From Carpediemonas membranifera BICM (taxonomy: Eukaryota > Protista > Fornicata), in contig JAHDYR010000038.1 of the NCBI GenBank assembly GCA_019828565.1, positions 1,039,578 to 1,103,577 of the forward strand: a DNA stretch of 64,000 nt, written 5' to 3'. Shown one piece after another: positions 26,056-37,011 of this stretch. Position 1 is the stretch's first letter. The number at the start of each line of letters is the position of its first letter. A program made the translations under genes and the position numbers. The notes below the pieces were generated by a model. That model had not been told where the DNA came from, did no database searches, and saw only the letters and a program-made list of their open reading frames with translations.

Positions 26056-26346
26056 GAACTAACAGGCTTTAATAAGCATGTCAAGCCTGTGATCACGATA
26101 ACAGCCTTCAATAACTACATCAAGGCAATACATCAAGAAGATTGTTTAAAGAGACGGCGGGGAGCAAGATGCAGGGAGAGCGGCAGGGAAACGAAGGCAT
26201 GGGGACAGGAGCCCGAGAAGAGCGCCTGGAGAACGGTGAGGAAGAACGGCGGGGAAGAGCAGCCGGGCGCATGGGTACACACATCTGTCATCATGTGGCA
26301 TCAACATTGCCACAGTGGTCAACTCAATAACAAGCAATGTCTTCAT

Positions 26347-27628
26347 TTACTCACTGTTCTGGATCACCAATTCGTACGACGAGTAACAGTCGGGACAGAG
26401 CCGAATCTTGGGAATCGACTTGCCACAGATGACAATCTTCAGCAGCTCCATCTGTACGCAGTTGGCAGAGTTACAGAACCAGTGCCCGCACTGCCTACAG
26501 TGCACGGCTGAGTCGTTGCGTCGGCATGCGTAACACTTCTTCTCATTGAGGCAATAGCTACACGTGTATTTCCAGCGACCCTTAGTGGACTCGGCCCAGT
26601 TCTTGTTCTTTCCAGTCTTAGGCCGGGGAGGGACACAGCGTGAGTTGTCGTGGAAGTTCACTTTGCATTCCTGGCAAGTCACAAACTTTGACGTCACGCG
26701 ATTGTCGATCCAGTCCAGACTGTGGCAATGGCCGCAACAGAAACAAAGCAGCCTATTCTGAATGTCGAGAATCGAGAAAGAATCATCACCGACCTCAGAC
26801 ACATCGTCATCGTTGTCCCCTTGGCTGGCCAGACGTGCCTCCACGGTGGCGAGCCTCTGATCGACACTCATCGCGACACGGTGAACATCGTGCAGCACAA
26901 TCGACTCGCGAGGCGCTTGAGGGGAAGCTGGAGAGGGAACCGAAGTGGGACCGGACGATGAGTGCAGGAAAGGCTCACTTTTCACGCAAAGCTCTTGCTT
27001 CACGTGTGTAAGGGCGGGGGTGGCAGGGTTGGGGATTTCAACTGTTCTGCACTTGCCCACAAATCTCTCCGGGTCATTGATATCGGGCACACAGAGATTA
27101 AAGTCTCGGGAGTCGAGATTATCTGGCACAGGAATATTGAGTCTCGACAGGACGGATCTGATCGCGCTGGTTAGCTCCGAACGGACTGGGCGAGGAGCTC
27201 TTGCAGAGAGCATGGACAACCTTGGGTTTCCCGTCAGATATGGCCACAGTCACCCCCATCGTCTCAGCCCAATCTCGGACGTTCTTCGCAACAACCCTTC
27301 CCATCGAGACGCCAGGTTTCAACTTCAGCTCATCGAGGAAGTCCGGTGTTTCGGAGCACGGCTGAAGAAACGACACGATGATGTGGTTGAACGCATTTCC
27401 GAGCTTTTTGATGGACAGGCCAGTTGGTTCTGAGTCAAAGACGTCAAACGCAAACGTGAAGAAGGCCTTAAGCATGCCCATCATGAGAATTGACCGGCAA
27501 GTACTCAAAGCGGTTGTGTTCCACTTCGTCATCGGTCTCGATCTCTTAGAAACAGCCTTAACTGCATGATCGTCCGCCATGTTCTCATTTACGGCCGCGC
27601 GCTTCGTTTCTAGCTCCGTTTCTGTCAT
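26347..27628 (-). CDS. PHD-type zinc-finger protein (one frame break near 27225, shared with copy 1)
   Basis: Same Cys/His pattern as 7158-8440. Confidence 0.65.
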
Positions 27629-27818
27629 TCCAGAGTAGATTTTCTACTAAAAATTGGCATTGTTACAACCAATCATTAACATTAATAGAGAAGGAGAATA
27701 AAGACTCACCAGCCCGCGGCCAATCGTGACTCAGGTTCGCATCAGACGTCGACAGAGACGAGTTAAACATGAGGCTGGGCAATTGTCTTCTGAGCTAATC
27801 CTTAACCTTTCAAAGAGG

Positions 27819-30341
27819 ATGCTAATACCGAAGTGGACGCTATTACACGGCACTATTTATGCTCCTCAAGAGGATACTGGCATCAACACCATTCTATGCA
27901 GCGTGTACCTTTCCATTGACTCAGATAACGTCAGCACACATCGGTTTCGTGTTTCCAAAGCTCCCCAACGCCGTGAGTTCGTCCAGGTTGTTCAAGAGTT
28001 GCTCAGTGCAGGATATATATGTCGCCAGGATGTTTCAAAGCAGCTGTACCCCTCTCCGACTGCCACATCTATCGCTGCGGAGAAGAGGAATCACACGACT
28101 TACCCAAGAGCCTACGTGAAGCATACATCCGCAGTTGACACTCTCGCAGCCGAGAATGAGTGTCTACGGAAGCGTCTGGCCGACACGGAGCGCCTGATTC
28201 AACTAACGAACCAGCTCAAGTCCATCACAAACGGATACAATGCCGTTAACGACGAGATCCGCATAATGAACTCTCTTGCAGGTAGGCTTAACCTTGATAT
28301 TGTGCGGATATCTCCTGTTACCTCGAAGATCAAGTCTCTCGCGTGTAATATCCAGAATATGGAGGAGATAGAATCACTTCTCCAATCTGACACCGCTTGG
28401 AGGAGATTTATCCGCAGTCACGTTCCCGCCAACATTCAGCACAGGGTAACGGCGAGAAGGTCTGATCAGGCCAATCAGGAATATGAGCTCGACCTCATCA
28501 CCCATGTCGAAGCTCCTCTTGATGTTGTACGATCATCTATTCAGGGCGACTCGGCCCATGCAGAGCACGTTGCAGGAAAGATCGTCGTCTTCTATGACTC
28601 AGAGCAGGACCGTGAGACTCACTATAGCATCATGAAAGAGCAAGGCCTCACCCCTCGGATGCAGACGAGTGCAAGATATACCCATGTATATCATGCATCA
28701 TTTGATATCATGGAGTATTATCGCCAAGCGGTTGCATTCCCCGTATCGCTGGAGACGTCACGATCCGGGCGCAAGAGTGCAGCTCGGACATTAAGACGAC
28801 AGAGTCATTCCGCTGAGACGGGGACGATCCCACTCGTGTTAGAGGTGTGGGTCGATGCGTGGAGAGGGCTGACAACCGCTGTTAAGATTCGTTTCCTCGA
28901 CGACTCCCACAAAGTCTTTCCGTCTGGTGCGACTCCTCCTTTCCGGATTCTTGAATACAACGGCCCAGAAAGTCTCATCACTGAGCATTTTGCCTTCATT
29001 GAACAGTCCATCGAGAGCACACACCGCGAGGTGCTGGAAGTCAGGAACACGGGTCTCCTCTGCCGAGTAACGCGTGTCTTTATTATCGCTGACCATCCAG
29101 CCATGTCCAAGGTTTGCGGGGCACTCATTGGAGGCAATTACCCCTCGCCATTCAGTCCCGTTCATTCGAAGAACAAGGGCTGGAGTCCCTTTGGTCGCAC
29201 CCCGCGCTGCACCTTGGCAGATATCCTGCTGGCGAAGCATAAGTCACAGTTCGACACTATTATGGACAGAGAGGCCAAATGGGGATCCTTCTATAACCAT
29301 CAGAAGAAGTGCATCGCTCCCACTTTGTTTGAGACGTCGACTGCGTCGCTGCCCAGAGACTGCGTCTTCTTATTCCCTCCAATCATGCATGTCAGTCATG
29401 ACTTTGTGTCGTTGATTCATGCCATGTGCCGCATGTTCAAGCCAGAGCCAATTGACCCAGAGAGCGACCCTCGTCAAATTAAGGAGGTGAAGGCAAGGAA
29501 CGCGATGCTAGCGAATCTGGCGTCGTTTGAGCCACCCAGCCGTACGACGGGCTGCAACGAGCAAGTCAAGGGGAGAAAGATGATAGCATCGATTGGACTT
29601 AAGCTGCATCGTGCGTTCCCGCCACCCGTGCAGTCATTATTCATACTCGCTGCATACCTCCAGGAGCACTACTATTCCCACGAGGATGTAACTGAGAACA
29701 TGGTCGTGTGGCATCGCTTGACAGCACTTCTCGTGCACCTCTTCTCTGTGACCATGTGTCTTAGCACATCTAACACGGTTGCCCCAGACATTCCGATCCG
29801 TCAACCATCTGCGACTCCCGATACGGCGCCGTGTGTTGATACACTTCACGGATTGGCGCGTATTGCCGCGCTGCCGGAGATACAAGCGAAGACTCGGGCC
29901 TCCTTTGGTCGAGTCATCGAAGAGTGCTTTGAACGTGATTTCATTGGGAATCAGGAGAGTCGAGTGCGATTGCGTCAGAACCAGACGGTTCTTGAGAGCA
30001 CTATTCTGAAGGAGCAGGTTGAGTTGCTGTTCAGATGCCTTCGTGGAGTGATTTCCTACGGAAGACGCGAAACAGATGTCCCACCCCAGTCACCCCTGAA
30101 ACTTATGCGCATTCATAAGTGTTGTAAGGATGCCAATTGGTGGCTTCGTATCCGGAGTGTGCATTCTAAGACGCTGACAGCGACTGAGTGCCAAAAGCTG
30201 CACATGGTGTTTACGAAGGAAGTCAACGGCCTATGGCGCACTGTCTTGTCGAAAGCAGACTGTAGCTTTGACTCAGACTGGCTGGATGTTCCCATTCACG
30301 AGCAGGGACACACTCTTGATGTTTGCATATGCAAGAGATAG
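27819..30341 (+). CDS. Intact DDE transposase, CMC/Transib-like, ~840 aa
   Basis: Uninterrupted ORF with D, D, MH and E motifs, colinear with the paralog at 42166-44719. ATG 27819 chosen by alignment to that paralog's start. Lies ~1.1 kb from a CATACTGT end. Confidence 0.75.
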   Translation: MLIPKWTLLHGTIYAPQEDTGINTILCSVYLSIDSDNVSTHRFRVSKAPQRREFVQVVQELLSAGYICRQDVSKQLYPSPTATSIAAEKRNHTTYPRAYVKHTSAVDTLAAENECLRKRLADTERLIQLTNQLKSITNGYNAVNDEIRIMNSLAGRLNLDIVRISPVTSKIKSLACNIQNMEEIESLLQSDTAWRRFIRSHVPANIQHRVTARRSDQANQEYELDLITHVEAPLDVVRSSIQGDSAHAEHVAGKIVVFYDSEQDRETHYSIMKEQGLTPRMQTSARYTHVYHASFDIMEYYRQAVAFPVSLETSRSGRKSAARTLRRQSHSAETGTIPLVLEVWVDAWRGLTTAVKIRFLDDSHKVFPSGATPPFRILEYNGPESLITEHFAFIEQSIESTHREVLEVRNTGLLCRVTRVFIIADHPAMSKVCGALIGGNYPSPFSPVHSKNKGWSPFGRTPRCTLADILLAKHKSQFDTIMDREAKWGSFYNHQKKCIAPTLFETSTASLPRDCVFLFPPIMHVSHDFVSLIHAMCRMFKPEPIDPESDPRQIKEVKARNAMLANLASFEPPSRTTGCNEQVKGRKMIASIGLKLHRAFPPPVQSLFILAAYLQEHYYSHEDVTENMVVWHRLTALLVHLFSVTMCLSTSNTVAPDIPIRQPSATPDTAPCVDTLHGLARIAALPEIQAKTRASFGRVIEECFERDFIGNQESRVRLRQNQTVLESTILKEQVELLFRCLRGVISYGRRETDVPPQSPLKLMRIHKCCKDANWWLRIRSVHSKTLTATECQKLHMVFTKEVNGLWRTVLSKADCSFDSDWLDVPIHEQGHTLDVCICKR

Positions 30342-31414
30342 TAAAGATCGGATTTAGTCTCGCGGTATCTCACGTGGCCCAGAGCAGCGTGCTCCTGGAA
30401 TCAACAGGGCACAAAACACCCTGCGTATTCCGGTAGCACACCGTTCTGACTCATACGTCCGTCTCTGGTTGTCGTATACAGGACTATTTACGTGTTTGGC
30501 GATGGCGCTCCTGACATAAGCTTAATGGCGTGTCGTGGCTGTCAGTATGCTGCATATGTCTCAGCGAGAAAGGAGTCACCAATCGCGTTCAGCTTTCTTG
30601 TTTCTCGCCTGATAAGGCTCGTAATATCGTTCAAGCGTGAATCTATGAAGTAATGGGACTGAATGGCCTCTATTGCGTCAATTTCTTGCGTAATGGTTGT
30701 GGAATGGCCTAGAATAGATGTTGCAGCTGCTTCCAGCTCCTGTTGCATGCTAAATGCTGTGTTTTGGACAATTGGTCGTGTTCAGGCAGAATTTTTTCGT
30801 GCAAAGTGCAGGCTAATACCCGTCCTTAAACTGTGGGATCAGCCGCTGGGTAAATATACTGAGAAAAAACCATATAGCTGAGTTCACTGTCTTGTGCTGA
30901 ATACGGTGGCGCCATTTATTTCTCTGAATCGTCAAGTTTTGTCAGCGTTGACCGCGCAAGACCGGTCGTCCTTACGCGATGTCACCAACACCATCATATT
31001 CTTCCCCCTGACATTCTACGTGTCCCCCAGTCTGGATTCGTGGTCTGCAATATTCACAGAGATATTCGCCTTCTCTTTCGCGAATTTGACTCTGATCAAG
31101 TCGAAAAACGAAAAAACGACCATATCTCGAAATCTACACGTTGGAATCGGTACCAGAGTGATTTTGCGCATATGTACATCCCGTCAGCAGTCTGCAAAAT
31201 CACTCTCGTACCGATTCCAACGTGTCAATTTTGAGATATTGCTCGTTTCATCCTTTTGCCTTAACCTGCGTCGCAAAGAAGTCGAAATCAGTGGTTAGAC
31301 CGCACTGGACCTCTTGCAGGCTCTCTGCATACGCGCTTTAGTATGCAATGAAGGTATTCATTTTCCCGTAAATTGTTTAAATTCAATGAATACTTCATTT
31401 TCGGTCCGGAAGAA

Positions 31415-31489
31415 ATAGATAATCTAGGGTTTTTAGGCCCTAGATTATCTAGAAAAAATCGTAGATTATCTGCCGACTTTCACAGTATG
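31415..31489 (-). repeat. Right terminal repeat of subfamily A copy 2
   Basis: Identical to 12226-12300; cuts the gypsy protease ORF. Confidence 0.8.
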
Positions 31490-32680
31490 TAGCCGATAAT
31501 CATGTCGAATTCCGTGTCGAGGAGCAGCATACGTGGCTTGTAGCTGCACGCCTTGGGTGTAAACGCCGAAGGTAACGGTCTCACGTCCCCCTCGACTGCG
31601 CCTTGTGCATGGAGGATCCCCTTGTTGGCGGTACGTATCGGAATAATCTCAGAGCTAACTCTGGGCAGCTTGGACGCCCACGTGCTCTTAATAACGGTGA
31701 CTCCGGCGCCTGAATCAAGGAGAGCGGAGAGACTATGGCCATTGATCTGGACTTTGATCAGCGGCACGGACGACTTGGACTCAGTCTTCCCAGTAGACTA
31801 AGATGACTCGTTCTTAGACTTGTCGGAACTCAAAACACACAAGCACTTGGAGGATTTACAGTAATCCTCCAGGTGGCCGAGACTGCCACACTTCTTGCAG
31901 GTGTGTTTGGCCTTCTTGCACTTAAACACGGAATGGCCTCTTCCCCCGCAGTTGTAGCAGGTGTAACCCGAGTAGTCTTTTGCGGGTCTCTCCTTTTTGA
32001 TCGTCTTGGGCTTGAGATCCTTCTCAGAGGAGGGCTTCTTCGGGGGTGAAGGGAGCGTCGTGTCTGCGCTCTTGACGAGATGAGGCGGTTTGACGAGAGG
32101 GAGCGTCCTCGAACGCGCTCAGCAGGTTGCGCGACTCTTGGACTTCACGTGCTAGGGCTAGGACCGCGGGCATGGCCTTCTCCAGAGGCTGATCCTCGAT
32201 GAGCTCTTGAATGCGGTACATGGCCTTGGGGTTACTCTTGAAGGCACGAGTATACGTCTCTTTGAGGTTGTCCTCGTTGAGCGACTTCCCATCGAAGAGG
32301 GACAGGAGGAGGGTGAACTTCCGGTTGATACGTGCTACCTGCACCGTGTCGAAACTGTTGGCGCGCAGGCGGAAGAGCTGGAGGCGTGAAGTCTTCGCGC
32401 GCGGTTGAAGGGCTTGGCCGAGCCGCTTGAGGGTCCTTTGATCCTTGAGATCGCGAATGTTCTTCTTTGAGGCTATAAGAGGGGTATGCTCGTCGCTATC
32501 GTCAGGATCAGTGTCCAGAATGGTCGTAATGAGGTCTTGAACCGCGCTATCGATGAGGTCGGTGATATCTCGATGGCCTCCATAGGCCCGATAGTCTCGG
32601 AAGGCCTCGGCAAATGCGATCAGTGCCTCTACTGAAGGAATTGTTAGTAGAGGCGGGATTAAGCGTTTCTTATCGTTCAT
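31490..32680 (-). mobile_element. Truncated Ty3/gypsy-like LTR retrotransposon: gag (two CCHC knuckles) and aspartic protease
   Basis: CYNCGGRGHSVFKC and CKKCGSLGHLEDYC at ~31855-31960; protease LLDSGAG...DMIIG. Frameshift in a C run near 32044; in-frame TAG at 31798-31800. Confidence 0.8.
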
Positions 32681-32784
32681 GGAAGGAATTTCTAGAAATG
32701 TCTTTTGACTTTATGAGGAAAAGAGACGACACCAAAAGTGTCGACAGAAACCTGAAGACTATGTAAATAATGTTACTATGTAAA

Positions 32785-33498
32785 TATTGGGTAAGACCCA
32801 CGACAGCCCCACTGATCTGCGACTGGACCCCCCCGCAGGACAGCAGCGAGATCATCCGATCAGTCCGCAACGTAGCATCCACCACCAGACTGACTGGCGG
32901 GGCTCGACCGGTGACGAGCGACATAATCCGGTCGGGTTTCCGACGTTGAAAACAAGATCCGAAGACGTTCCAGGCGGTCTTGTTCGCCGCACTCTGCTTC
33001 CAAACTGTCAGCCGCGGCAAGGAAATCTTCACTCTGACGAGGGGAGACGTGACGTTCAGCCCAGAGGGCGACGCGACGCTGTTCATGGCACGCACCAAGA
33101 CTACCACAGCGGTGAAGAAGCTCGTGGTCAACGCCACCTTTGACTCATTCAACATCGCGAAGGCGCTCCAGCTTTGGGTCAACTTGGCCACGAAGCGCGA
33201 CACGGATTCACTATGGAGGAAGGTCAACGGAGACACGATCAGCAAGACAGAGGGGCTGTCAGAAGGCGCAATGAGGCGCTGGATCGCAGCAGTGTTCGGC
33301 GACTCCGTCACTTGGCACAGCTTCAGAAAGGGCGCGGCGACCGAGCTCGCCGTCGCCGGCACTCCTGAGCACGTGCTGATGGCACTGGGGAACTGGCGCT
33401 CCGCGAAGAGCCTGCTGGCGTACACCGGCAATGGCATCCGCCAGCACCCCGCGGTCCAGAGAGACATCGCCAGGTCTCTTTTGGGCAAGCCACTGTAA
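32785..33498 (+). pseudogene. 5'-truncated DIRS-type tyrosine recombinase
   Basis: SRGKEI...WHSFRKGAATELA...LGNW...AY. Colinear with 62192-63538; internal TGA at ~32947. Confidence 0.85.
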
Positions 33499-33653
33499 AC
33501 ATTCGATGGGATGTTTATGGTGCAGGCTGTTGCGACCTCACGGGAGGTGACAGCTAGGAGTTAATGATATCTCCTCGGCCGGCGGGACAACCCCGTTGGA
33601 TCTACAGAGTGTAGAGGGTCAGGTGGCCCGCGAGTCGGGCGGGCTAGGTGGCT

Positions 33654-33814
33654 TGGCGCTACATCGTCAGTAAGGTTACCTCGGGTAACGGGCCCGGAGC
33701 GGAGGGCGATGTGATAGCCTCACTCCGGGCAAAAGGTGTTTCGCCGGTCAGGCGAGTCACGCAGTTTATGCGGACAGAATGGCGCAAGGTTCGGATCCGC
33801 CGGATCCGACGGCA
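33654..33814 (+). repeat. DIRS direct repeat A1
   Basis: 160/161 identical to 63721-63881. Confidence 0.95.
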
Positions 33815-34831
33815 ACACGCTTAGATAAGCTAGAAGCTTCAATCAATTCCATGTCCGAAGCCCTGAACAGGCTTGCTCCTCCGCCTCCGCCAGAGAAAGA
33901 ACCTGACGACGAAATGCTCGAAAGTTCCACCGTTGCTAGGTTCAATACCTCCGAATCGTTGGAGGAGGACACGATGGAGGACATAGATGCAACTCTGGCA
34001 GAGATGGACACCTTCTCGGAGTTACCAAGCAAGAGACCTCTCAAGGCAGAAGCGAAGTGGCTTCAACGCGTTGTCGTGATCACTAGTGCTCTCCCAGATT
34101 CCGCGACGAAACAACGTCTTCTTCTCGAACTACAGGCTCGTAGAATGGTCCTAGACCTCAAAGATGATAACTGGTCCGATGCCACGACCGAGCTGTTTCA
34201 GGACCTCTTCAACAGCACAGAAAGCAAGAGCAGCCGCACCATCGCTTACTGCGCAGCGAAGGCCCGCTCTAAGGGCAGGCGTAAGGACACCAACGGTAAC
34301 ATGGGGGGTTTCACAAGAAGAAGAGAACATAACAACCTCTGTTCATCAATTCCCGTCGATGAACGCGAGGTGGTGGTTATGGGAAAGGCTCGGCGCCTCG
34401 GACGAGGTGGTCGGCTGGCTCCGTCACGGCGTACCTATCAAGCTAACAGGCACTCCCCCGCCACCCACGCCACAACGGCGCCTGGACCCACGGCTCACCC
34501 CAAAGCTCGACGAGATGGTCCGACTTGGCGTGATCTCACCCTGTACCAGCGGGCAACTCCGGCACAGTGCCCCGCTCTTCGCGGTTGCAAAGGGCGAGCA
34601 CGATGTCCGCCCGGTACACGACCTACGCGACCTCAACGCAATCACTGCGGAGACGCGGGTCTTCCGGCTCTTCGGCCTAAAACGAGCAGTGCGCAACCTC
34701 AAGCGCAACGACTTCATGCTCAAGATCGACTTAGCCTCCGGCTACCACCAGATGGGTGTGGCTCCGACCGACTCCACGCTACTGGGGATCGTCCTCCCCG
34801 AACGGGCAGGCGTACAGATACAACACACTAG
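33779..34831 (+). CDS. DIRS ORF1 (gag-like); 3' extent uncertain, overlaps pol
   Basis: First ORF after repeat A1, with the ATG inside the repeat; helical N-terminus. Confidence 0.6.
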   Translation: MAQGSDPPDPTATRLDKLEASINSMSEALNRLAPPPPPEKEPDDEMLESSTVARFNTSESLEEDTMEDIDATLAEMDTFSELPSKRPLKAEAKWLQRVVVITSALPDSATKQRLLLELQARRMVLDLKDDNWSDATTELFQDLFNSTESKSSRTIAYCAAKARSKGRRKDTNGNMGGFTRRREHNNLCSSIPVDEREVVVMGKARRLGRGGRLAPSRRTYQANRHSPATHATTAPGPTAHPKARRDGPTWRDLTLYQRATPAQCPALRGCKGRARCPPGTRPTRPQRNHCGDAGLPALRPKTSSAQPQAQRLHAQDRLSLRLPPDGCGSDRLHATGDRPPRTGRRTDTTH

Positions 34832-35769
34832 GGTTCGGCTGGACCGCTGCCCCGTTCGTGTTCCAGTCTACGTCCATCCAGCTAGCAAAGATACTCGCGA
34901 ACCGCTTCAACGTGACAATAGCGGTGTACCTCGACGACTTTCTCATCTCACATCGGTCACGTCGCCACCTAGCAGACGCCGCTCCCCAAATAGTCGCGCA
35001 CATGAGGTCGCTGGGAGCTATCCCAGGGCTCAACAAGTGCATCCTAACTCCCACACAACGCCTGGAGTACCTAGGAGTCACCATCAACACAGCCGCCGAG
35101 ACACTGCAGATTTCCAAGGACAGAGCCGATCGCTATGCAACATCAATCGAGCAGGCCCTCAGGGCCGGCAGGATCGATGCAACCGAGTGGCAACGCCTAC
35201 TAGGCCGCCTCTCGTTCTTCGCAAGTACGACACAGTTCGCCAGGCTCCAGCTCAGATCACTCCAGGCCCTACATCCCGCCCCGACGCTTCACATCTCGCA
35301 GCAGATGCGTCGCCAGCTCAACAGCTGGCTAGCGCTGCTCAGAGATCGTCCATCCAGACCCTTCGCTCAGGCCAGGGCAGACTGGGAGATCAAGGACGAA
35401 CTCCAGCTCTCGGTCGCATCCGACGCGTCCTCCTTCGCGTGGGGCGCCTGCCTATTCAACGGCGACCAGGGCCGCTCGGCTCAAGGCCGCTTTCCTCCCG
35501 AGTTCCGAGACTCTCATATCGGAGTCAAGGAGCTCTACGCGATTGGCCAGGCTATCAAGCTCACCCCAACCCAGCGCACCAGGACCCAACTAGCTATCTT
35601 TTCGGACAACACCGCGGCCATCGCATGGGTCAACCGCCAGGGCTCCCCATGTCTCGCCGACACGGCCATTCGACTCCTGCAGGATATCTTCACCACGGCG
35701 AACACGAAGAATGTCGATATTCACTGCTTCCATATCGCAGGGCACCTCAATGTCCAGGCGGACCGGCTG
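34164..35769 (+). CDS. DIRS reverse transcriptase-RNase H (frameshift at ~34798; continues at 62172)
   Basis: KIDLASGYHQ, LGFGWTAAP, VYLDD; RNase H SDAS..WG, KELYA, FSDN, NVQADRL. Confidence 0.9.
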
Positions 35770-35800
35770 CATAGAGGGATCTATCAGACGGCTCACCGAG

Positions 35801-36694
35801 ATGATTGGCACGCCGGTCGGGCCAGTAGGCCGAGATGACCTCTATACCAACAACCGCCGAGCCGACGGAACCCTCAGAGACGAGAGAGAGCCCAGAAACA
35901 ACGGCGTCCATCGGTGCGACAGAGAGCGCAGGGACGTCAGGCCTCATCATGAGGACAGAGAGCGCAGGGACGACGGGCCTCGCCGCGAGGTCAGAGGACG
36001 CTGGGAAGACGGGCCTCACCATGAGGACAGAGAGCGCAGGGACGTCAGGCCTCACCATGAGGACATGGAGCGCAGAGAGGTCAGGCCTCACCACGAGGAC
36101 AGAGAGCGCAGGGACGACGGGCCTCGCCGCGAGGTCAGAGGACGCTGGGAAGACGGGCCTCACCATGAGGACAGAGAGCGCAGGGACGATCAGGGCAGAG
36201 ACTCCGGAGAGAGCAGACGCCGCTCACCCCCTCATGGGACCGGCAAGAGGAGTGGCAAGGACAGGGCGGTGAGCTACACAGGGGCTGGAAAGAGGGGCAA
36301 GCTCGACGGCGACGCCCGTTACGAGGCTGGAAGCAGACAGTCGAGTGACAGCGACGCGGAGAGGGACGAACTCAGGAAGGAACTTGATGAAGCCAAGAAG
36401 CTGATTCTCGCACTCAGGGCCAGGGACAGCAGGGAGGAGGAGCAGGCGACGCCAACCCCAGCACCGGCTGACACCCAGGGAAACCAGGGTACCGGCAAGG
36501 AGCACAGGGTAGTCCGCCACAAGAAGAGGACTCGGACAAAGAGGTCTCGCAAGCCGAGACAGCTAAACCAGATGGAGCTAGTGGCCCAGATCGTGTCAAC
36601 GGTGATGAAGACCATGCAGCAACAACAGGGGATGGCAACCGAGAACCAGAGCGATGATGGCAGTGACAGTGGCAACTCAACGGAGACCGATTAA
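35801..36694 (+). CDS. LINE ORF1 with HHEDRERRD tandem repeats and coiled coil
   Basis: Lies upstream of ORF2; internal repeats at ~35915-36190. Confidence 0.65.
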   Translation: MIGTPVGPVGRDDLYTNNRRADGTLRDEREPRNNGVHRCDRERRDVRPHHEDRERRDDGPRREVRGRWEDGPHHEDRERRDVRPHHEDMERREVRPHHEDRERRDDGPRREVRGRWEDGPHHEDRERRDDQGRDSGESRRRSPPHGTGKRSGKDRAVSYTGAGKRGKLDGDARYEAGSRQSSDSDAERDELRKELDEAKKLILALRARDSREEEQATPTPAPADTQGNQGTGKEHRVVRHKKRTRTKRSRKPRQLNQMELVAQIVSTVMKTMQQQQGMATENQSDDGSDSGNSTETD

Positions 36695-37011
36695 GCAGGG
36701 TAAAGTGGTATTCTTTGAGAGTGATAGTGACAGTTGTGAGTTCTTTTCTTTTAATCCAACCCTGGCTCCCACCCAGGGTCCGGCATTAGCTGAAATGCAC
36801 TGCCGGTGGGCTGTGGCGGCAGCCAAAGGGGGGTCACGCCAATGCGCCCCCTCCTAAGTATCCCTGCCCGAAGGTAAGGATGGTCACCAGGGTAACCCAT
36901 AGTTGGCCCGCCATGGGTAACCGGAGCCGGCACGAAGGCCCCGTGACGGGACAAGGGCAGATTGCAGGGAATTTCCGAAAATTCGCAGGATAGGAAAGAC
37001 GGAGTACAAGA

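Larger units (their letters stand above)
12301..31489 (+). mobile_element. Subfamily A copy 2, internally amplified (left end missing)
   Basis: Right end ...CACAGTATG at 31489. 16150-21205 matches 780-5870, and 21208-31489 matches 2023-12300. The left boundary is uncertain. Confidence 0.7.

Noticed and set aside
27222-27233. GGGAAAC programmed -1 frameshift in the PHD gene
   Set aside because: The heptamer is not in the required phase; the cause of this shared frame break is unresolved.
31798-31800. TAA/TAG reassignment to Gln
   Set aside because: ORFs of 700-870 codons contain no in-frame TAR, and homologous genes end at TAA/TAG.
33761-33771. GCAGTTTATGC in the DIRS repeat matching the AGCATAAA motif
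   Set aside because: It is an 11-bp match only, in an unrelated element and without the shared flanks; probably chance.
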